DNA of 64,000 nt, taken from assembly GCA_029260815.1 (NCBI GenBank), contig JAJDCN010000130.1, positions 929 to 64,928 on the forward strand, in the 5' to 3' direction. Numbering within the stretch: the stretch's first letter is position 1; the number at the start of each line of letters is the position of its first letter. Under the pieces are notes generated by a model. It was not told the origin of the DNA, ran no database searches, and saw only the letters and a list, made by a program, of their open reading frames with translations. The stretch comes from Planctomycetota bacterium (lineage in GTDB: Bacteria > Planctomycetota > B129-G9 > JAJDCN01). Below are positions 58,401 through 64,000 of the stretch, one piece after another. A program made the translations under genes and the position numbers.

Positions 58401-58585
58401 GGAACTTGAACGTTCGACTGGAGCTCGACATCCTTCCGGGCATGCCGTTTTTTATCGAACCGTTGGGCGACCTGATGGGCGGTGTGGGCCAATGGATCCA
58501 AGGCGCGCTTATCCCGGTTTCCGTCACAGGCACGCTGGATGATCCCCAGGCCCACATCGAGCCGCTGGGGATCGGCGGTGGTTAG
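55406..58585 (+). CDS. AsmA/TamB-like large membrane-anchored protein
   Basis: 1059 aa with an N-terminal TM anchor (ILVLAATLFFAVAGSVIL), a long beta-rich repetitive body, and a C-terminal region that resembles the AsmA-like C-terminal domain. The start overlaps the alr stop. Confidence 0.65.
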   Translation: MKKRILVLAATLFFAVAGSVILDVALLASDERVHALAVEGIESQLNVRVELEAATYHIFGNVELSGLTLHSLDDPEDASSFAYPKHHVLRVESASIRPNLLSLLGVGSLVRAVILDNVELHVSKNRDGAVNLARLIKPSIEPSEAIELPRIVIKGFRVWYADLSENPENVVPTAYPPINLSLRPHKLQWVDDAINELSVGLEDPYLGKVLVKTRFNGNFSHVEMESASDQNILLLDSTLHKLLPIGPRRLWSEFQVKGSLHIDELLLTLDSQGPRPVKLNAKFRAEKCSINSARFPLPVHHLEGSLQVSHGRLIFDVAGRSGPATILGRGELSGLLAGDLLVDATASIDGATPAMIRKALTRPRLEAIGDAKTAAARAALAESMTEILDRYDPKGGSITAKVAINNREAEPDVIHSNLTMHLKDVSGSYENFPYRVYHMDGEIAVQDDAITITRLAGATQEDLAAAGRVSIHGRVTGSGADENVNVDIILSEIPLDEKVGGGFLMEQSRKMWDNFTPRGIAQNVTVKVLRDPKEHPEIHTSVVATLDGRASIRAGEISVHIEDLVGTVNVENDALEYKIKQGRYRQASVTGWGKVPGAEQETPEKHEIEIERAPLDEALRKALPPDAKSIWALINPEGKINATLRIDRAAKATAYKTNLILRAEGEASFAYTGFPLRVAGVRGEIRVRDHFISFERLEGVCYGSRVSLSDGRFSSDRDLSDTAQVHVSIQGLKLTDPVYLAMPKDVREALRDVGFQGTVSADLKIDSLTVGMSSGTSLHGTLQIEKASLGRHGEITELDGTLHIAEKSSFDNGGRFAFRGRFDGKRLMALDQWHMNALQCTFDVSNDELTFDNVTAGFCGGTISDSYARFKFNATNDFEGALKLKAAELNQLKRGNKLAENLKPIHGKIDGWVNFAGQGSDTKKLTGDGGVRVTEAEIWEIPIVFNVLNFLALKIPEKEFIEEAKVKFKIASEKFSFKELTLNSDSVSFSGKGHVDFEGNLNVRLELDILPGMPFFIEPLGDLMGGVGQWIQGALIPVSVTGTLDDPQAHIEPLGIGGG

Positions 58586-58701
58586 GGTTTGCCGGTTTCG
58601 TTTGTTCCGGGCGCGTCTGGTTTGTTGTTGTCGGGTTCTTTGGTGGCCTGAGGGTCGCCGTTCTTTGTTTTTTCGGTTTTCACATCTTTCTTCGAGTCTT
58701 T

Positions 58702-59271
58702 TTACTCGGACGTGCGCGTTATCTTTTTGGGTGGCGGCGGTGGCGAAAACTTCAAAATCTCAGCCGCTTGAGGATCATTGGGCGCCGGGATGACGCGCAC
58801 GCGCAAGGAGAGGCTTTGATTCCCCTTGTCGGTTTTTGTCTCTAGGGGACTCTGCCCCAACACGTGAACCTGGCCGGGAACGGGACTAAGGGTTTGATCC
58901 AATGCAAAGCTTTGACGGGTTTCCGTGTTGAAAACATGGAAGCGAAGCGTGAGCCGGACCTGGTCCGGCTGGATGTCCAGGATCCGACCGTTCAGGGTGA
59001 GTTTCCATCCGGTTTCGACAAGGCCGTTGGCGTCGGGCCGTTGCTCCAAATCTTGGGAAAATGGACCCGGTGACGCGGTCAATGAGAATTCTTGAGAGAA
59101 TACTTCTGGCTTGGCATCGGTGTCCACCGGTCTCTGTTCACGGCTCAGCGTAAACTCGAGTTCGACCATTCTGCCGGAAACACTGGCGCGGGGATCATGC
59201 ACAGGGCCGGTTTCAAAAACTTCGCACCCGACCGTCAGCGTCACGGCAACCAGCAGCAAAAAACGTTTCAC
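58702..59271 (-). CDS. Hypothetical lipoprotein
   Basis: 189 aa with a signal peptide plus lipobox 'LTVGC' and a Pro-rich C-terminal tail (PPPPPKK). Confidence 0.5.
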   Translation of the reverse strand: MKRFLLLVAVTLTVGCEVFETGPVHDPRASVSGRMVELEFTLSREQRPVDTDAKPEVFSQEFSLTASPGPFSQDLEQRPDANGLVETGWKLTLNGRILDIQPDQVRLTLRFHVFNTETRQSFALDQTLSPVPGQVHVLGQSPLETKTDKGNQSLSLRVRVIPAPNDPQAAEILKFSPPPPPKKITRTSE

Positions 59272-59311
59272 GTCATCCTCCGGTCCGATTGCGGGACTAT
59301 TGAGGCGGCGC

Positions 59312-60325
59312 TTAGCAACGACGCCCGATCACTTTGGCGATCCCGTCGACCTCGGTCATGAGACGGATCAACTGCTCCGGCCGGATCGACTGGGCCCCGT
59401 CGGACAGCGCCTGATCCGGCTGTGCGTGCACCTCGATAAGCAACCCGTCGGCCCCTGCGGCGACTGCCGCGCGACTCATGGGAAGGACCTTGTCGCGCAG
59501 ACCGGTTCCGTGACTCGGGTCGGCAAGGATGGGCAGGTGAGAAAGGGCTTTGACCACGGGAATTGCGCTGATGTCCAGGGTGTTGCGTGTGAGTCCTTCA
59601 AACGTCCGGATGCCCCGTTCGCACAAGATCACGTTGTTGTTGCCCTCGACCATGATGTACTCCGCGGCCTGGAGCCACTCTTCGATCGTGGCCGAGCGCC
59701 CGCGTTTGAGCATGGCCGGCTTGCCGCTGCGACCGACCTCGCGCAACAAGGGATAGTTCTCCATGCTGCGGGAGCCGACCTGGAGGATGTCGGCGTACTG
59801 CGTCATCATCTCCACGTGGCGCGTGTCGAGGACTTCGGTGATGACCAGAAGCCCGTTTTCGTCCGCCGCGCCCCGCAAGGTCTTCAGGGCGCTCTGGCCG
59901 AGTCCCTGGAAGCTGTAGGGCGAGGTCCGCGGCTTAAACGCTCCGCCTCGCAGGCCCACGGCCCCGGCGGCCTTGACCTGTCGTGCCAAAGCGTAGACCA
60001 TCTCTTCATTTTCCACCGAGCAGGGCCCGGCAAAGATCGCCAGGCGTTCCCCGCCAATGGTCACCGGGCCGATCCGGATCTGCGTATCGGCGGCCTGGTG
60101 TCGCCGGGCGGGCAGCCGGTAAGGCGGCCACAGGTTGCCGGCTTGAAGAACGCCGGGCATCGCGCGAATGGAGCCGAGAATCTCACGCGGGCTGTCTCCA
60201 TCGGTGTTGAGAACCACCCCGTCTTCGGAGTCTTCGCGCCGGGGGGCAAGCCCGAAATGGTGTAGCGCTCCCAGCACGGTATCGACCTGCTTATCGGTTA
60301 CGTTGGTATCCATGACCACGTACAT
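59312..60325 (-). CDS. 3-deoxy-7-phosphoheptulonate (DAHP) synthase, type I-beta with N-terminal regulatory domain
   Basis: 337 aa from the KDO8PS/DAHPS I-beta family ('IFAGPCSVE', 'GAFKPRTSPYSFQG', 'DPSHGTG'). It has a ~65 aa ferredoxin-like N-terminal extension similar to Thermotoga-type DAHPS. Confidence 0.85.
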   Translation of the reverse strand: MYVVMDTNVTDKQVDTVLGALHHFGLAPRREDSEDGVVLNTDGDSPREILGSIRAMPGVLQAGNLWPPYRLPARRHQAADTQIRIGPVTIGGERLAIFAGPCSVENEEMVYALARQVKAAGAVGLRGGAFKPRTSPYSFQGLGQSALKTLRGAADENGLLVITEVLDTRHVEMMTQYADILQVGSRSMENYPLLREVGRSGKPAMLKRGRSATIEEWLQAAEYIMVEGNNNVILCERGIRTFEGLTRNTLDISAIPVVKALSHLPILADPSHGTGLRDKVLPMSRAAVAAGADGLLIEVHAQPDQALSDGAQSIRPEQLIRLMTEVDGIAKVIGRRC

Positions 60326-60452
60326 TGTTGGGTGAGCCTCCGCTCAAACGAAGGAAACTGCTGGTAAATCATGCCTTGAATGAACCGTAATTGTATCAAT
60401 CGCCTGCTGAAATTCAACTGAAAAGGGGTTCCGGGAGTTTGGACGCGGGGTA

Positions 60453-61085
60453 CTATTGCAGTTTGATCTGGTAGCCGGTCCTTGCCCAAAGCAGGAGATT
60501 CTCCGCGGAGGAGCGCTTGTCGTTGGCCTTCAGCCAGGCGGTGTATAGATCCAGTATCTGGCCCAGGGGGCTGTCGGCGTGGGTGGGAAAGTGTCCGTAG
60601 CGCTTGGAGAGCTGCTCTCGGGCCGCATTGAGATCTTTTCCGCTGGCGATCAAGGCCAACGCCGCGGGCATGCCCACCCGATCGCTTCCGACAACGCAAT
60701 GAAGGAGCGAGGGCCGCTTGGAAGGGTCCGCCAACACCTCGCACAATGCAATCAGCGTTTTACGATCCGGAAGGGCAAAGTAATCCAGCTTAATGTCAAT
60801 CAGCTCCACGCCGGCGCGCGCGCAGGCCTTTTGTTCGTCCCGATACCACTCGGCATCCTCCTTGCCCCGCAGATTCAGGACGCTCTGAAGCCCATAGGTT
60901 TCCGCCGTCTGCTCCAGCGTGGCCCCATCCAGTTGCGCCGATCGATAGAGTTCGCCAGGCAGGACTGTATGGAAGTTATCGTTGAAAAGAGCATGCCAAT
61001 AGTAAAACGCGAACACAGCCCCCACGGCCGCGACGGAAGTCAGCAGAAGGATCGCGATGGTGATCACGCGCCGGGGACGTACCAT
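60453..61085 (-). CDS. Membrane-anchored protein-tyrosine/dual-specificity phosphatase-like protein (CX5R)
   Basis: 210 aa with an N-terminal TM helix. 'LYRSAQL...VLNLRG' is a Tyr-phosphatase-family-2/3-like motif and 'HCVVGSDRVG' is the catalytic CX5R P-loop. Confidence 0.7.
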   Translation of the reverse strand: MVRPRRVITIAILLLTSVAAVGAVFAFYYWHALFNDNFHTVLPGELYRSAQLDGATLEQTAETYGLQSVLNLRGKEDAEWYRDEQKACARAGVELIDIKLDYFALPDRKTLIALCEVLADPSKRPSLLHCVVGSDRVGMPAALALIASGKDLNAAREQLSKRYGHFPTHADSPLGQILDLYTAWLKANDKRSSAENLLLWARTGYQIKLQ

Positions 61086-61098
61086 AAAATCACCTCGG

Positions 61099-62106
61099 TC
61101 AAGGAGAGATGGTCAGCGGCTGCTGGGTCGGCTGGCCTGAAACGGTAGAAAACAAAGCCCGTTGCACGTGCCACATATCCGCATGGAGAATGTATTCGCC
61201 CGGCGATACCGTGACGGGCAGCCGGCACGAAACGGTGAGCGTTTGACCCGGGCCGATTGTTTGATCCGGGTACTCGATTGGGCCCAGCGCGATCCGGTCG
61301 CCCCCGTCGCGGCTTGCCGGATAAAGCCAAAGGCGAAGCTTCACTTTGTTCCGTTCATCGCCCGTCGAGCAGTGCCACGGCTGGGTGCTGACGTTTTTGA
61401 CGAGAACGGTCAAGCCAAGGACTCCGCCGGAGCGAATCGATTCGGGCATCTCCTCAAACTCGATCAGGGCTCCGTACAAATCGTAGACGTAAACGTTCTT
61501 GGCCCAATACGTCAGAGCCTCGGTCGTGGGCTCTTTTTGATTCGTCTCAAGCCATGCGATCCATTCTTCCAAAAGCCGGTCCATGGCGCCGGCGCCTGTA
61601 AAGGCCAGGTGTCCGTACCGGACGGACAGTTGGTCGCGCGCGACTTCGGCGTCCTTCTGCTCAAGGAGGGCGACCAAGGCCGATGCCAGCCCCGCGCGAT
61701 CCATCCCCGCCTTGCAATGAAACAGGATCGGCCGGCGAATGCGGTCACCGACGATCTGTGCCAGCTTGCGCAACTCCTCGGGCTTTGGACGAGATTCCGC
61801 ATGTAAGCTGATGTCCAGATGGGTGACGCCCAGTCGTTTGCAGACCTTCTTTTCGGCGGTATGCCAAGATCGGGTTGAGGGGCCGCGTAGATTCACAACT
61901 GTTTTGATGGATCGCTCCTGGATCACGTTTTCCAGATCCTCCGCGTCCATTTGCGCGGAGCGGTACACCTGATCGGGAATCACAACGTAAAAGTTGTCAT
62001 GGAAAAGAGCTTGCCAGTAGACCGCCACAAGGACACCCACAACGAGGATGAGTATCAGGAAGCAATACGCCCACCAGCTCTTGTTTTTATTCTTCTTTTC
62101 TATCAT
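61099..62106 (-). CDS. Membrane-anchored protein-tyrosine/dual-specificity phosphatase-like protein (CX5R), paralog with C-terminal extension
   Basis: 335 aa with an N-terminal TM helix. 'VYRSAQM...VVNLRG' and 'HCKAGMDRAG' are present, plus a ~130 aa beta-rich C-terminal domain that the neighbouring paralog lacks. Confidence 0.7.
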   Translation of the reverse strand: MIEKKNKNKSWWAYCFLILILVVGVLVAVYWQALFHDNFYVVIPDQVYRSAQMDAEDLENVIQERSIKTVVNLRGPSTRSWHTAEKKVCKRLGVTHLDISLHAESRPKPEELRKLAQIVGDRIRRPILFHCKAGMDRAGLASALVALLEQKDAEVARDQLSVRYGHLAFTGAGAMDRLLEEWIAWLETNQKEPTTEALTYWAKNVYVYDLYGALIEFEEMPESIRSGGVLGLTVLVKNVSTQPWHCSTGDERNKVKLRLWLYPASRDGGDRIALGPIEYPDQTIGPGQTLTVSCRLPVTVSPGEYILHADMWHVQRALFSTVSGQPTQQPLTISP

Positions 62107-62150
62107 GTGTTGAACAGATCAATCCGTACCCCGTCGAGCGATTGAACGTC

Positions 62151-63131
62151 TTAAAGCCAGCCCGCATCAAGATACCATTGATAGGTATCCTTGAGTCCGC
62201 TTGCCAAGTCGAAGGTGGGCTGGTAGCCAAGCACTTCTTGCGCCTTGGCGATATCGCAACACCAGCCGGTCGCCAACCACAGACGCGCGCTGTCGCGCCC
62301 GAAGACTGGCTTGGAGTTTGAGAACACATTCACGGCATCGCCCATCCAACCACCGATCGAAAAGGCCAGCGGCGGAATGGGAAGAGGAATTGCCCGGGTT
62401 CCGATTGCCGCGAGCATCGTGTCGGTTAGCTTGATCCAGCTATAGTTTTCGGCGGCCCCCAGATAAAACAACTCGCCGTAGGCCTTGGGGTTTCCCAGCA
62501 TTTTCAGAACGCCCTGGACGAGATCTTTGACGTGAAAAAAATTGTAATGCCGTCGTCCCGTCCCGGGGATCGGACGAATGTGTCGGCGTAGCGTCTTGAA
62601 AAAATGATAGATGCTCAGGTCCCGTGGTCCAAAGGTGATGGAGGGGCGGACAATCGTAACCGGAAACCGGTCCTGCTGCGCCAGGACGTGCAACTCTGCC
62701 TTCCGCTTGGAGTGCCCATAGACGCCGCAGGGGGTCGGCTCCATGGCCTCATTCGCCGGGGACTTGTCCGATGTGGCCCCGGCTGCGGCGAGAGAGGAGA
62801 TCTGGATGAATTGCTTTAGGTCCGGGCAGCGGTCCACAACGGCAGCGACCAGGTTTTCGGTTCCCGCATCATTGGCCGCAACCATGTCCTGCGATCGGCT
62901 GGCTCCGAATTGGGCCGCCGAGTGAACGACGGCCTGGCATCCGTCGACGACCGCGGCCAATGACCGCCGATCGCTCAAATCGCCCACCCGTCGCTCGACC
63001 GGAAGTGTCTTGAGAAACGCCACGTTTGAGGTCTTGCGTACCAGGCAGACGACCTCGTGGCCTTGCCCCGCCAACTCTTCAGCAATGTGGGAACCGATAA
63101 AACCGGACGCCCCTGACACTAGAACGCGCAT
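62151..63131 (-). CDS. NAD-dependent epimerase/dehydratase family protein
   Basis: Real start is MRVLVSGASGFIGSH (a GxxGxxG Rossmann motif). Has 'YGHSK' (YxxxK) and an extended-SDR fold. Confidence 0.85.
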   Translation of the reverse strand: MRVLVSGASGFIGSHIAEELAGQGHEVVCLVRKTSNVAFLKTLPVERRVGDLSDRRSLAAVVDGCQAVVHSAAQFGASRSQDMVAANDAGTENLVAAVVDRCPDLKQFIQISSLAAAGATSDKSPANEAMEPTPCGVYGHSKRKAELHVLAQQDRFPVTIVRPSITFGPRDLSIYHFFKTLRRHIRPIPGTGRRHYNFFHVKDLVQGVLKMLGNPKAYGELFYLGAAENYSWIKLTDTMLAAIGTRAIPLPIPPLAFSIGGWMGDAVNVFSNSKPVFGRDSARLWLATGWCCDIAKAQEVLGYQPTFDLASGLKDTYQWYLDAGWL

Positions 63132-63335
63132 TGCGCCTCCAAAACGCGATTTCACAAATCGTGAACGGAAACCTATCAAGCGTGTAAGTCATTGTCAAGC
63201 CTCATCTTCTCTGTGATTCTGGAATTGAAATTCCCTTGCGGGTATGTCCAGGCGTGCTACAATATCAACCGATTGGGCGTCGCGCGGCCATTGCGACGCC
63301 TTTTGGTTAGGCGGTTATCGAGATCTCCGGTCCCA

Positions 63336-64000
63336 TGGCGAAAAACGTTTACATTGCCGAGACGAGACGACACGCAGGCATGACTTCGATCTGCCTGGGG
63401 CTGATCAGCGCGTTTCAAGAAACGCTGGGAAACATCGGCTTTATCAAGCCGGTGGGATTGCGCGGGCAACAGGTCGGCTCCTACAGCGTCGACCCGGATA
63501 TCGTACTGATCGAAAAAGCGTGCCGGATTCATTGCGGCTTGAAGGACATGAGCCCGATCACCGTGCGCCGAGGCTATCCCCAGGAAGAAATGCTGCGGAT
63601 GAACTCCAAACAATTGGAGGAACAGGTCCGCGCCGCCTACGACCGCGTGGCCATGGGCAAGGACCTGGTGGTCATCGAAGGCAGCGGTCATGCGGCGATC
63701 GGCTCCCTGCTGAAGCTGTCCAACGCCCGGGTGGCGGCCCTATTCGACGCCCCCGTCATTCTGGTCAGCGGAGCAAGCTCCACCAATCCCTTGGCGGATG
63801 TTTTTCTCAATAAGGCGTTTTACGAAAAACACGGGGCAAAGGTAATCGGCGTGATCCTTAACCGGGTTCCCTCCGATACGCCGCAACTGCTCCGCCTCTA
63901 TGCCATCGATGCCCTGGCGCGGGAAGGGATCCCGCTGCTGGGCATCCTCCCGTACCAAAAGGATTTGGAAAGACCGGAGATGACCCAAGTCCTGGAGGCC
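63336..64000 (+). CDS. BioD-like P-loop domain protein resembling the phosphotransacetylase N-terminal (DRTGG-associated) domain; partial, runs off the window end
   Basis: An open frame from ATG 63336 to the window edge that is not in the supplied ORF table. It translates to MAKNVYIAETRRHAGMTSICLGLISAF...VVIEGSGHAAIGSL...VILNRVP. That matches the CobQ/CobB/MinD/ParA-type nucleotide-binding domain found at the Pta N-terminus. Confidence 0.5.

Noticed and set aside
63244-63813. Plus-strand 189-aa ORF and minus-strand 144-aa ORF (63257..63691)
   Set aside because: Both are alternative frames over the region. The frame starting at 63336, which runs off the window, gives a clean P-loop/BioD-like protein, so that frame was preferred.

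Overview
This is a high-GC (roughly 60%), gene-dense bacterial chromosomal window with about 65 plausible genes on both strands, one tRNA-Leu and no CRISPR array. It also lacks an obvious transposase or integrase. Most of it is core metabolism and housekeeping:
- KdsA and DAHP synthase
- a regulatory PTS module (hpf-ptsN-yvcK-HPr-EI)
- hemA with SirC and a CcsA-like HemX
- polA-coaE-rho and scpB
- tatC-ychF
- fur and an ECF sigma factor
- nadE and efp
- a queG-pepP-queF operon plus queD
- tsaB-alr
- a futalosine-type menaquinone gene (MqnA/MqnD family)
- McsA/McsB
The unusual parts are:
- a tandem pair of paralogous membrane-anchored coiled-coil proteins ending in a BRCT-like domain, just downstream of polA (22.5-25.2 kb)
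- a tandem pair of membrane-anchored CX5R tyrosine-phosphatase-like paralogs (60.4-62.1 kb)
- a translationally coupled molybdo-hydroxylase (CoxMSL-like) + ADP-forming acyl-CoA synthetase + epimerase/ACAD/MaoC/SDR cluster (34.2-42.8 kb)
- a ~107-bp direct tandem repeat in the long intergenic region upstream of fur
- a lower-GC islet beside tRNA-Leu
The high GC generates many long spurious antisense ORFs, which I rejected. Lineage cannot be assigned from sequence alone. The gene content (McsAB, futalosine pathway, ankyrin lipoprotein, a Rho N-terminal extension, a PTS without permeases) argues against a typical proteobacterium. All functional calls rest on motif and family recognition by eye; no database search was run.
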